DNA of 64,000 bases from an uncultured Lachnospiraceae bacterium (GTDB lineage Bacteria; Bacillota; Clostridia; Lachnospirales; Lachnospiraceae). This document shows positions 38,684 to 47,440 of the stretch, piece by piece; position 1 is the stretch's first letter, and each line of letters opens with the position of its first letter. The position numbers and the translations under genes were made by a program. The stretch lies in NCBI GenBank assembly GCA_944384105.1, contig CALWSC010000041.1, positions 2,763 through 66,762 on the forward strand, given 5' to 3'. Under the pieces are notes generated by a model, which was not told the DNA's origin, did no database searches, and saw only the letters and a program-made list of their open reading frames with translations.

Positions 38684-39493
38684 ATGGCAGAAACAATCCG
38701 TCTGATTTTTCACTGGCTTACTGCATACTTTGGGGGCGGCCTGCACTGGCTTCTCTTTCTCGCCTCTGTCATTGTTTTATTTTTCCTCGGCGAGGCATCA
38801 AAGAAGCGGCAGATCCTCGCATATTACTGCGCAGGAATTCTGTTTCTGTACTTCTTCCCGCTGACTGCATGGATTATCATGAAGGCATGCATCGGTACAG
38901 ACACGTATTGGAGAATGTTCTGGCTGCTGCCCGTCACTCCGGTGATCGCGTACGCACTTGTCCTTCTGGTTCGCCGCGCAGAAGAGCGCGGTGCCAGGGA
39001 GGGGCTTGCAGCGCTCTTTGCCTGCATACTGGCTGTTATTGTGACCGGCTCCTGCATTTACGGCAAAGGGCAGTTCCTGCCGGGGAACAGATTTAAGCTG
39101 AATGGAGACATGATGGCTGTCTGCCAATTCCTTGAGGAATACAATACGGACGAGGAAATCTACGCCGCAGTTCCCCCGGAGTTTGTCAGCTCCATCCGGC
39201 AGTATGACGCAAATATCAAGCAGCCGTACGGGCGGTACGGTCCCGAGGAGTGGCAGCCGCTGCAGCAGCAGATCGAATACGTCTACAAGCAGAACCCCGC
39301 GGACTTCTTCGGTCTGACCGCTGCGTGCAAGTCGCTTGGAATCAACTACATCATCTTTCCGCACAGTGAGGAGGCCTCTGCAGCTTTTGCCGCGGACGGC
39401 TACACACTCGCAGGAAATGTGGGTGTATACGGAATTTTCCACAATCCCGCCTGCGGTACCGAAGATGATAACCAATCTCAGGAGGAAATATGA
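38684..39493 (+). CDS. Membrane protein of unknown function (4 TM N-terminus plus soluble C-terminal domain)
   Basis: 269-aa ORF. TAGGAGG RBS directly after the upstream stop. No family recognised. Confidence 0.45.
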   Translation: MAETIRLIFHWLTAYFGGGLHWLLFLASVIVLFFLGEASKKRQILAYYCAGILFLYFFPLTAWIIMKACIGTDTYWRMFWLLPVTPVIAYALVLLVRRAEERGAREGLAALFACILAVIVTGSCIYGKGQFLPGNRFKLNGDMMAVCQFLEEYNTDEEIYAAVPPEFVSSIRQYDANIKQPYGRYGPEEWQPLQQQIEYVYKQNPADFFGLTAACKSLGINYIIFPHSEEASAAFAADGYTLAGNVGVYGIFHNPACGTEDDNQSQEEI

Positions 39494-39494
39494 C

Positions 39495-40391
39495 ATGCCA
39501 GAGAAATATGACACCGAAACCTTAAAAAAGCTGCAGTCTCTGGAGCTTGAGATGCTTGAGGATTTCATCTCGCTCTGTGAAAAATACCGTCTGCGCTGCT
39601 TCGGCATCGGCGGCACCGGAATCGGGGCGCTGCGCCACGGAGGGTTTATCCCTTGGGATGACGATATTGATCTTGCCTTTCCGCGCTCCGACTATGAGCG
39701 GTTCTGCCGCCTCGTTGAAGATGAAATGGGAGATAAATATCAGATTTTAAGCGCAGAGACAGAGGAGAATTAGCCTCGGTTCACGGCGAGAATGATGCGG
39801 CGCGGCACCACCTTCCGGGAATACTCCATGAAGGACGTGGACTGTGATTTCGGAATTTTTCTCGATCTCTACGCCTACGACAATGTGCCGGACAATGATT
39901 TTCTGATGAAGTTTCAGGCAATCGAGGTCTGGATTATCAGCAAGCTTCTCATCCTGCGCAGTATTCCTCGCCCGCATCTCTTCTATACGGGTGCAAAGGC
40001 GAAACTCATCTACGCGGTCTGCGGCATTGCGCATCGTCTCTTATGCGCTCTGCACATCTCAAAGCGCAGACTGTATCTCGCCGGCAAACGCGCATGCACA
40101 CGTTATAACGGCGTGCGCACCAGCCGCCTGGCCTACCTGCCGGAGGCGCGCCCATTCGCGAGCATGATTAAGCGCAGCGATCTGTACCCGCTCAAGAAGC
40201 TCCCCTTCGAGCATCTGAAGCTGTACTTTCCTCATGACATGCACGAGATGCTGCATGCCTATTACGGAGATTACATGCAGCTTCCGCCTGTAGAAAAGCG
40301 CTATAACCACTGCCCATATCAGCTCGATTTCGGGGATGTGACAGTACGGACATCTGTATCCGGAAAGGAGGATGAGCTTCATGAAGACTGA
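39495..40391 (+). pseudogene. LicD-family phosphocholine/phosphotransferase gene interrupted by a single in-frame TAG (39771-39773)
   Basis: The N-terminal ORF ends ...GGTGIGALRHGGFIPWDDDIDLAFPRSDYERF...YQILSAETEEN*. Reading on in the same frame gives PRFTARMMRRGTTFREY...DFGIFLDLYAYDNVP. Both halves of the LicD fold are therefore present in one frame. Confidence 0.75.
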
Positions 40392-41298
40392 CAAGAAAGT
40401 TGCGGTTCTGCTCTCTGCCTATAACGGCGAACGCTACATCGCGGAGCAGGTCGACAGCATCTTAAACCAGACCTACCCGAATCTGCATCTCTATATCCGC
40501 GATGACTGCTCCGCTGACGGCACGCTCACGGTACTTGCAAAGTACGAAAATAATCCGCGCGTCACACTGATCCGCGGTGAAGAAAATCTCGGGTATCCCG
40601 AGGGCTTCTATGAGCTTCTGCGCACTGTCACGGATGCTGATTATTACAGCTTCAGCGATCAGGACGATGTCTGGGAGCCGGACAAAATCGCCCGTGCGGT
40701 CACGGGGCTTTCGAGGCGAAATCCAAAGATCCCGGCAATGTTCTTTGCCAACTATGAGATCTGTGACGAACAGTTAAACCCTGTGCGTCTCTCGCCCTGT
40801 CTTCGGACAAAGCCGAAATTTCGCAATTCACTCTACGCCTGTCTCGGGCTTGGCTTTACTATCGTTTTGAACACTCCAGCCAAGGAGCTGGTTACAAACC
40901 GGCGCTCCGTGTATGGGGAGACGAAAGATGTCTGGATCGGTATGCTCTGCTCTGCTTTCGGGGAGATTATCTTTGATCGGAAGTCATGCGCGAAGCACCG
41001 CCGCAATCCCGGCGCATATTCCGCGGAGTCGATCCATTTCTGGAAGACGCAGAAGGAGCGCTTTAAGGAACTGTTTCTAAACGACGGTTTTACCTACGTC
41101 CACACGGTTATGCAGGAATTTTACGATACCTACCGGGGAAAGCTGCGGCTCGAAGATGAGGCGGAGCTCTCCCTTCTCGCAGACATGAGCAGATCCCCCA
41201 TACATGTGCTCAGGAAAGTCTTCTTTCCCCACCGCCTCCGCTATGAGTGGAAGGATGAGATCATGCTGCGGCTTGTATTTCTCATCGGGCGCCTTTAA
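40381..41298 (+). CDS. Glycosyltransferase family 2
   Basis: VAVLLSAYNGERYIAEQVDSILNQTY and FSDQDDVWEPDK motifs. AAGGAGG RBS 9 nt upstream of the ATG at 40381. Confidence 0.8.
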   Translation: MKTDKKVAVLLSAYNGERYIAEQVDSILNQTYPNLHLYIRDDCSADGTLTVLAKYENNPRVTLIRGEENLGYPEGFYELLRTVTDADYYSFSDQDDVWEPDKIARAVTGLSRRNPKIPAMFFANYEICDEQLNPVRLSPCLRTKPKFRNSLYACLGLGFTIVLNTPAKELVTNRRSVYGETKDVWIGMLCSAFGEIIFDRKSCAKHRRNPGAYSAESIHFWKTQKERFKELFLNDGFTYVHTVMQEFYDTYRGKLRLEDEAELSLLADMSRSPIHVLRKVFFPHRLRYEWKDEIMLRLVFLIGRL

Positions 41299-41332
41299 CG
41301 GGCGCCCGGTCTTTGCAAAGGAGGAATTTTCA

Positions 41333-42601
41333 TTGAAATCATCACGCCAGAGGTCACTCTCCCTGCGTCAGAATATCTTCTGGAACACCGCAGGTTCCGC
41401 GATTTATCTGGGATGCCAGTGGCTGATCACGGTTCTCGTGGTGCGGCTGTCCTCATCCGGATTTACGAACTCGGGGCTTTTGACGCTTGCGATGACGAAT
41501 ACAAATATCTTCTACTCCATCGCCATCTTCAATATGCGTGCCTATCAGGTATCCGATGTGCTGGATAAATATAAGACGCATACCTATATTCAGATCCGCT
41601 GCTTTACAAGCGCCGTCTCCCTTGTCATGTGCGCTGTGTTCGCCGCGGCAGGATTTGACAGCGATGCATGCTCCTGTATCCTTTTATATATGGTTTTTAA
41701 AGTTACAGAGGCAATCATCGATATCATTCAGGGCGTTGACCAGAGAGCGGCACGTATGGACATCAGCGGATTTTCCATGGCAGCGCGCGGTGTCGGCACC
41801 GCCGCAGCCTTCGCGGCAGTGACAGCGCTTACGGACTCTGTCCATCTGGCGATTCTGGCTATGACCGGCGTCTCTGTCCTCGTCATGGTCTGCTACGATA
41901 TTCCTCAGGCAAAGCGCTTCAGCAGGCTCTGGGGAGCAGTTGACGTCCGTGCCATGGGCAGACTTCTTCTGGAATGTCTGCCCATGGGCATCGCTTCGGC
42001 GCTCAGCTCCAGCATCACCGCAATCCCGCGCAACTTTCTGGACGCAGCCTGCGGAAGCGAAATTCTCGGAATTTACGGTGCGCTCTCTGTTCCTACCGTA
42101 ATCGTTCAGGTCGCCGCAACGTATATTTTCAACCCCATGCTGTCCGTGTATGCAGAGTACTATTGCTCGCGGGATAAAAAATCATTTTACCGCCTGTTTT
42201 CCCAGACCTTGCTTGCGATTGCAGGGTTGAGCGCTGCGGCGCTTGCGGGTGCGGCGCTATTGCAAAAGCCTCTTCTTCCGCTGATTCTGGGTCAGGAGAT
42301 CAGGCCTTATATTTATCTATTTCTGCCAATACTAATCTGTACAATACTAAATGCCTCAGTCTGGTTTCTCACGAACCTGCTGATCGTAATCCGTGATTTT
42401 AAGACATACTTTGCCGGAACCGTGTTCGCTGCAGCGCTCTCCTGGCTCGTGGGACGCAGCGCGGTAAACGCATGGTCGATGCAGGGGGTAAATGTGACGC
42501 TCTTCGCGGTATATGCCGCTGAAATTCTTATATTTGCCGCAGCGCTTGCCGTGCGGCTCAAAAAACAATTTTCAACATCGAGAAAGGAGCCTTGCGCATG
42601 A
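41333..42601 (+). CDS. Second Wzx/MOP-type flippase
   Basis: TTG start at 41333, 7 nt after AGGAGG. About 12 TM segments. NIFWNTAGSAIYLGCQWLITVLVVRL. Confidence 0.7.
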   Translation: MKSSRQRSLSLRQNIFWNTAGSAIYLGCQWLITVLVVRLSSSGFTNSGLLTLAMTNTNIFYSIAIFNMRAYQVSDVLDKYKTHTYIQIRCFTSAVSLVMCAVFAAAGFDSDACSCILLYMVFKVTEAIIDIIQGVDQRAARMDISGFSMAARGVGTAAAFAAVTALTDSVHLAILAMTGVSVLVMVCYDIPQAKRFSRLWGAVDVRAMGRLLLECLPMGIASALSSSITAIPRNFLDAACGSEILGIYGALSVPTVIVQVAATYIFNPMLSVYAEYYCSRDKKSFYRLFSQTLLAIAGLSAAALAGAALLQKPLLPLILGQEIRPYIYLFLPILICTILNASVWFLTNLLIVIRDFKTYFAGTVFAAALSWLVGRSAVNAWSMQGVNVTLFAVYAAEILIFAAALAVRLKKQFSTSRKEPCA

Positions 42602-43605
42602 AAATTTCCATTGCCGCCGCGACGTATAACGGCGCAGCATACATCACGGAACAGCTTCTCTCCCTCTACCATCAGAAGCGTCCGGCCGACGAGGTCATTC
42701 TTGTGGACGACGGCTCCACCGACGGTACAGACCGGCTTATCGACGCATTTCTGGAACGCTACCAGCCAAAGAACTGGTATTTTTTCCGAAACGAAAAGAA
42801 TCTCGGCTATATCCGCAATTTCCGCCGCGCGCTTTCGCGCACAACCGGCGACCTGATCCTGCTGTGCGACCAGGATGACATCTGGTATCCCGACAAGATC
42901 GGGATTATTGAAGATACCTTTCTGGCTCACCCGGAAATCCGCGTACTTGACACCAGCTTTCAGCTCATGGACGGGGAGGGACGCGATTACCATGTTCCCA
43001 GGAAGCGCGGCTGGGTCAATAACAATCTCCTGCGCGCTGTCCCTGACTCCGATGGGTTGGCGCAGATTCCATTCGGATATGTGCTGCAGAAGAATGTCTC
43101 CTGCGGCTGCACAATGGCATTTACCGCCGCTGTCCGAAATGTCTATCTGAAGCATTCCCACGGTAAAATTCAGCATGACTGGGAAATCAATATTCTCGGA
43201 GGCCTGCAGAACGGGCTCTATTACCTCGACCGCCGGCTGATCCGTTATCGGATTCACGATAATAATTCTTCGACAATGGCGAAGGCAAAGCATATGTCTC
43301 TGATTTCCTATGCGCTTACGATTCTGGACGGCTGGAAGGAATCATCACGCAATTTCAGCCTGCGTGTGCGGCAGTTTACCGCCCAGGGTTACTTCCGCCG
43401 CTGTCCTGAATGCCGCACCGTATGGATGCGTACACAGCATCTTTGTGATCTCCGCCATGCTGCAGTGGAACGCCACAGTATCCGCGCCTGGGCACAGGAG
43501 GTCTGGCTGTATCGAAAGATTTCCGCATACACGGATGTCCGCGGACTGCTGCTGGATTTTATATTTGCCCTGCATCTGGACAGGATTTTTCACCTACTGG
43601 GATAA
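42598..43605 (+). CDS. Glycosyltransferase family 2
   Basis: MKISIAAATYNGAAYITEQLLSL, VDDGSTDGT and LCDQDDIWYPDK motifs. ATGA overlap with the flippase stop. Confidence 0.8.
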   Translation: MKISIAAATYNGAAYITEQLLSLYHQKRPADEVILVDDGSTDGTDRLIDAFLERYQPKNWYFFRNEKNLGYIRNFRRALSRTTGDLILLCDQDDIWYPDKIGIIEDTFLAHPEIRVLDTSFQLMDGEGRDYHVPRKRGWVNNNLLRAVPDSDGLAQIPFGYVLQKNVSCGCTMAFTAAVRNVYLKHSHGKIQHDWEINILGGLQNGLYYLDRRLIRYRIHDNNSSTMAKAKHMSLISYALTILDGWKESSRNFSLRVRQFTAQGYFRRCPECRTVWMRTQHLCDLRHAAVERHSIRAWAQEVWLYRKISAYTDVRGLLLDFIFALHLDRIFHLLG

Positions 43606-43627
43606 ATATGGAATTCTTGGCGGATTA

Positions 43628-43656
43628 TTGATTATTTCCCCGTTATCTGCTATACT
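43628..43656 (+). promoter_or_regulatory. Candidate sigma-70-type promoter for the 1060-aa surface protein gene
   Basis: TTGATT, 17-nt spacer, TATACT. Lies about 70 nt upstream of the ATG at 43723. Confidence 0.45.
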
Positions 43657-43722
43657 GCTTATGGCTGCAGGCTTTTTGTATTTTGCCTGCGCCATGGATA
43701 AACAGAAAGGATTTACAGTGTT

Positions 43723-46700
43723 ATGAAAAACGGAATACGCAGATGGATCAGCGCTGCTTTAATCGGTGCACTTTCGGTTCCGTCTTTTACAGCGGCTCCC
43801 CTGTCTGCCTACGGTGCCTCCGGTGCCGATATCAAGATTCATTTTCTGAATCTGGCGGATCAGCCGAATGACGCGATCCTTCTGGAGTGCAACGGGCATT
43901 TCGGTATGATCGACGCCGGGGAGGACAACGATTATCCGGACGGCTCGGATCCGCGCTACCCTTACCGGGAGGGAACTACAATCGGGGAGGGCCATGAAGA
44001 TGAAGTTATCTCCTATCTGCACGAAGCGGGCGTGGAGCAGCTTGACTTCTTCATCGGCACGCATCCGCACAGCGACCATATCGGCGCTGCGGATGAGATC
44101 ATCCGGGAGTTCACTCCGGACCGCGTCTATCTGATGGAATACGACGACGCATACATATCGAGTGAGGCAAACCTCTGGGACAATCAGTACGTCTACGACC
44201 GCACAGTAGCAGCGGCAAAGGAGGTCGGTGCTTCCCTAATCCAGAACTTTGATCCCGACGCTCCGCTCTATCCCGAGCGCGTCTCGGTCAGCGGTCTTGT
44301 AAGCTGGGATGACGCAAGCGATGCGGATGGCATTCGCCCCTCTGAACTGGAGGTGCGGCTCTTCCAGACCATTAACGGCCGCAGAGAACAAATCGACTCC
44401 ACGATAGTCACACCTGACGATGTGGGCATCTGGTATTATCAGTTTGAAAGTCTTCCTCTGAAGACGGATGAGGGCGATACCATCTCCTACTCCGTTGAAG
44501 CAGACACCCCAGACGGCTATACTCAGATCATCAATCCGGACACCTTTAAGATTACCTACACGCATCAGGCTCAGAATACTCCGGAGGAAGCAAAGGACAG
44601 GCTCACCGGAACGATACTCTGGGAAGATAATGACAATGCGGAATATCTTCGCCCCGGACAGTTGACGCTTACGCTCTATCAGCGGCAGACTTCCTCTGAA
44701 CCGGGCGAGACACCGGATTCTCCCACTCCGTCAGGAGCCGTTGCCCTGCAGACGATTGAGGTTCAGGCAAATGAGCGCGGACTGTGGAAGTATGAATTCT
44801 CGGGCCTTGACGAGACAATTCCTCTGACGGATGAGAATTATTACCTGGAGCTTTCTGATCCCGGCAGCCACTACGCAGTGACGTACGACAGCCTGAACCA
44901 GATTACCTGTACCTACTATTCGGATACCTCCAAGCCCACCGGACTGCTGTCCGACGCGAGCCTGTACGCAGATACGTTTTCGCTGAATATGGCTCCGTCC
45001 GTCTCCATTGCGCCCGAGGATCAGGTGGATCCGACACACCAGGGCGACCGGACGAATCCCGATACACTGCCCGATTCCGGCACTGCGGCCGCGAACCTGT
45101 ACGCAATGCGCTCCTCCGGAGAACTCAGCGACAAACCGGAGGCGAACTCCGTGGGCAATCCGGTATTCACGCTCGGGGACGATATGACAATCGAGATTCT
45201 GAACTATTACGATGACTACAAGACGCATCCGAAGCCGGACGCCAATTATTTCTGTCTCGGCGTCAGGGTTACTGCAAACGGGCACTCTGCATTTCTCGGC
45301 GGCGATATCAATAACTACGAGGGAGCTGAGACACGCATCGCCGATCAGATCGGTCATGTGGATCTTCTGAAGCTGAACCATCACGGCAGCTATGGATCAA
45401 ACACGCCGGGCTTTCTCTCCGCTATGAGCGCCGACTACATCGTGATGTGCGGAAATATGGAGGACATGGCCGACAGCACCTTAAAGAACGTGCTGTACGA
45501 CCTCGGCAGTCCGAAGTTCTATGCAACACAGCAATACCACGCATTTTCGAAGGCGACCGTGTTTGACTTCTCAGGTACGGAGATCACCTCAAATGTACCG
45601 TCAGACGCGATGTTCTGTGCAATCACCCGCCTCGGCCCTCTGTTCATACAGGATGGCAGCCCTTACTGCTGGGACGGCTGGATGGACTTTGAGGGTAAGC
45701 GCTACTACATGAAGGACGGGCTTCTCCCGGTAGCAAACGGCTGGGTGACTGACACAAGCGGAAAGTACTATATGAACGCCCAGGGACAGCCTGTGACCGG
45801 CTGGAACCTCATCGACGGCACGCAGTACTATTTCAGCGAGGATGACGCCACTCTCGGACAGATGCAGACCGGATGGGTTGAGAGAGACGGCAGCCGCTAT
45901 TACTTCCTGAAGTCCGGCGACATGGCAACCGGCGTTCAGTCCATAGACGGCGAAGAATATTATTTCCTCCCTGACGGAACCATGGGAACAAATATCTGGA
46001 ACAATATGCGGTTCTACGGCGAGGACGGCACCTATATTCCGGACTATGTAAATGAAAACTGGGAAGAAGACAAGAATGGCTGGAAGATGAAGGGCGAGGA
46101 CGGCAAATACCTCACAGATCAGTGGTATTTCCTCGAAGGTCAGTGGTATCTGTTCAGCAAGCAGGGCTATCGCCTCGACGGCTGGCAGAAAGTCGGAGCG
46201 GCGTGGTATCACTTGAACAAGATCGGTCAGATGGATATCGGCTGGTCCGAGGTTGACGGCAACTGGTACTACTTCAATGAGATCGGCCAGATGCAGACCG
46301 GATGGCGCGACATTGACGGCACATGGTATTACTTAAATTCCGCCGGACAGCGCGTGATCGGATGGCAGCTTCTGGACGGCTCCTATTACTTCTTCAACGC
46401 TGAAGGCAAGATGCTCACCGGCTGGTTCTATCAGGGCGGTTACTGGTATTACACCGACCCGGACGGAAAGATGGCGGCAGGATGGCGCTTTATCAATAAC
46501 AACTGGTACTTCCTGAACGCCTCCGGACATATGGTAAGCGGCTGGCTGCAGCTCGGCAGCTTCAAGTATTATCTGAACGCTTCGGGCGCCATGACGACCG
46601 GATGGCAGACCATAGGAAATCAGTTCTACTACTTTGACGAGAGCGGAATCATGCAGACCGGATGGCGCGACATTGACGGCAAGCGGTATTACCTGGCGCC

Positions 46701-46905
46701 TGAGGACGGACACCTCTGGTTCGGCTGGCTGACACTCTCCGACGGAAGCCGGTATTACTGCTCGGCTGACGGAAGCCTTACCTACGGATGGCTTGGACCG
46801 TACTACCTTGCTCCTGAAGACGGGCACATGGTGACCGGAGATTATGTGATCGACGGGGTTACATACCGGTTTGGCAGTGATGGAATATTGATTGGAACGG
46901 TTTAA
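43723..46905 (+). CDS. Secreted metallo-beta-lactamase-fold hydrolase with two inserted Cna-B-type domains and C-terminal cell-wall-binding repeats
   Basis: Signal peptide. HPHSDH (HxHxDH) and, about 400 aa later, LKLNHHGSYGSN. Between them lie two WDD/WED...RP...Y.F..LP segments (Cna-B pattern). The C-terminus has about 20 GW-x-DG-x-WYYF-type repeats. Confidence 0.75.
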   Translation: MKNGIRRWISAALIGALSVPSFTAAPLSAYGASGADIKIHFLNLADQPNDAILLECNGHFGMIDAGEDNDYPDGSDPRYPYREGTTIGEGHEDEVISYLHEAGVEQLDFFIGTHPHSDHIGAADEIIREFTPDRVYLMEYDDAYISSEANLWDNQYVYDRTVAAAKEVGASLIQNFDPDAPLYPERVSVSGLVSWDDASDADGIRPSELEVRLFQTINGRREQIDSTIVTPDDVGIWYYQFESLPLKTDEGDTISYSVEADTPDGYTQIINPDTFKITYTHQAQNTPEEAKDRLTGTILWEDNDNAEYLRPGQLTLTLYQRQTSSEPGETPDSPTPSGAVALQTIEVQANERGLWKYEFSGLDETIPLTDENYYLELSDPGSHYAVTYDSLNQITCTYYSDTSKPTGLLSDASLYADTFSLNMAPSVSIAPEDQVDPTHQGDRTNPDTLPDSGTAAANLYAMRSSGELSDKPEANSVGNPVFTLGDDMTIEILNYYDDYKTHPKPDANYFCLGVRVTANGHSAFLGGDINNYEGAETRIADQIGHVDLLKLNHHGSYGSNTPGFLSAMSADYIVMCGNMEDMADSTLKNVLYDLGSPKFYATQQYHAFSKATVFDFSGTEITSNVPSDAMFCAITRLGPLFIQDGSPYCWDGWMDFEGKRYYMKDGLLPVANGWVTDTSGKYYMNAQGQPVTGWNLIDGTQYYFSEDDATLGQMQTGWVERDGSRYYFLKSGDMATGVQSIDGEEYYFLPDGTMGTNIWNNMRFYGEDGTYIPDYVNENWEEDKNGWKMKGEDGKYLTDQWYFLEGQWYLFSKQGYRLDGWQKVGAAWYHLNKIGQMDIGWSEVDGNWYYFNEIGQMQTGWRDIDGTWYYLNSAGQRVIGWQLLDGSYYFFNAEGKMLTGWFYQGGYWYYTDPDGKMAAGWRFINNNWYFLNASGHMVSGWLQLGSFKYYLNASGAMTTGWQTIGNQFYYFDESGIMQTGWRDIDGKRYYLAPEDGHLWFGWLTLSDGSRYYCSADGSLTYGWLGPYYLAPEDGHMVTGDYVIDGVTYRFGSDGILIGTV
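45670..46902 (+). repeat. Coding tandem array of ~20-aa cell-wall/choline-binding-type repeats
   Basis: Reiterated motifs such as TGWxxxDGxWYYLNxxGxM, visible in the translation of 43723..46905. Confidence 0.8.
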
Positions 46906-46917
46906 AACCTTACAGAA

Positions 46918-46979
46918 GAAACCCCCGTTCGCACGGAAGAATTCAAAGCTTGTCTTACCGTGCGAGCGGGGGTTTTTTA
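46918..46979. terminator. Rho-independent terminator (shared by convergent genes)
   Basis: GAAACCCCCGTTCGCACGG ... CCGTGCGAGCGGGGGTTTTTTAT. About 18-bp stem with one mismatch, then a T-run. Confidence 0.8.
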
Positions 46980-47008
46980 TGCCGCTTGCTGTCAGAATGC
47001 CGATATAT

Positions 47009-47224
47009 TTATATTTTAGAGTTCCTTTCTTCCCGTGCTTCTTCCAACGTAATATTGGAGGGAATGACCCCCAGGAGCGATTTTGCCATTTCCACACGAT
47101 CTGCATTTGGATTGGAAAGTTTCGCTACGACTTTGCCATTCCGTGTGATAAAAATAGTCTCGTGTTCCGCGAGCTTTAAATACTTACCGAGATTTAACTT
47201 TAATTCTGTAGCAGTGATTGACAT
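47009..47224 (-). CDS. Phd/YefM-family type II antitoxin (no toxin partner found)
   Basis: MSITATELKLNLGKYLKLAEHETIFITRNGKVVAKLS is the typical Phd/YefM N-terminus. ATG at 47224 with an AGGTG RBS; the track starts at the GTG at 47233. Confidence 0.7.
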   Translation of the reverse strand: MSITATELKLNLGKYLKLAEHETIFITRNGKVVAKLSNPNADRVEMAKSLLGVIPSNITLEEAREERNSKI

Positions 47225-47356
47225 ATATCGCACCTGCTTATAATTGGGAATATCTGATTACAATATTATTTATTATCATACTCAAATCGAACGAATTATT
47301 CAATAAAATTGTTCAATCTACGTTTCGATGGGAACAGTTTAAGAATTTATGAGGTA

Positions 47357-47412
47357 AAGAACACCCGCGCGGGACGAATGCAATAGTGCTCGTCCTGTGC
47401 GGGTGTTTCTTT
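47357..47412 (-). terminator. GC-rich hairpin downstream of the blaI-blaR1-small ORF operon
   Basis: GAACACCCGCGCGGGACGA ... TCGTCCTGTGCGGGTGTTTC. Lies in an otherwise AT-rich spacer, with a U-rich tract following on the minus strand. Confidence 0.6.
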
Positions 47413-47440
47413 TATGTAGCAGTTATAAGACATAGCTTTA

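Noticed and set aside
39771-39773. In-frame TAG in LicD as programmed recoding (pyrrolysine or a reassigned stop).
   Set aside because: TAG terminates at least three well-supported genes nearby (28380-28382, 32403-32405, 38669-38671). No pyl genes or PYLIS-like context is visible in the window. A nonsense mutation or a sequencing error is more parsimonious.
43310-43726. 138-aa plus-strand ORF spanning the GT2 3' end and the intergenic region, with a hydrophobic tail.
   Set aside because: Most of it overlaps the GT2 gene in another frame and it has no RBS. The intergenic part is better explained as the promoter and leader of the 1060-aa gene.
45670-46902. Periodic DNA repeats that could be mistaken for a CRISPR-like or satellite array.
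   Set aside because: The periodicity is ~60 nt, imperfect and entirely in frame. It encodes wall-binding repeats and has no unique spacer/identical repeat structure. No CRISPR array exists in the window.
46906-47440. Search for a toxin partner or small toxic peptide next to the Phd/YefM gene.
   Set aside because: The downstream 100 nt is occupied by the terminator hairpin. The upstream 200 nt is AT-rich with only trivial ORFs (such as ATG AGG TAA). No candidate has an RBS.
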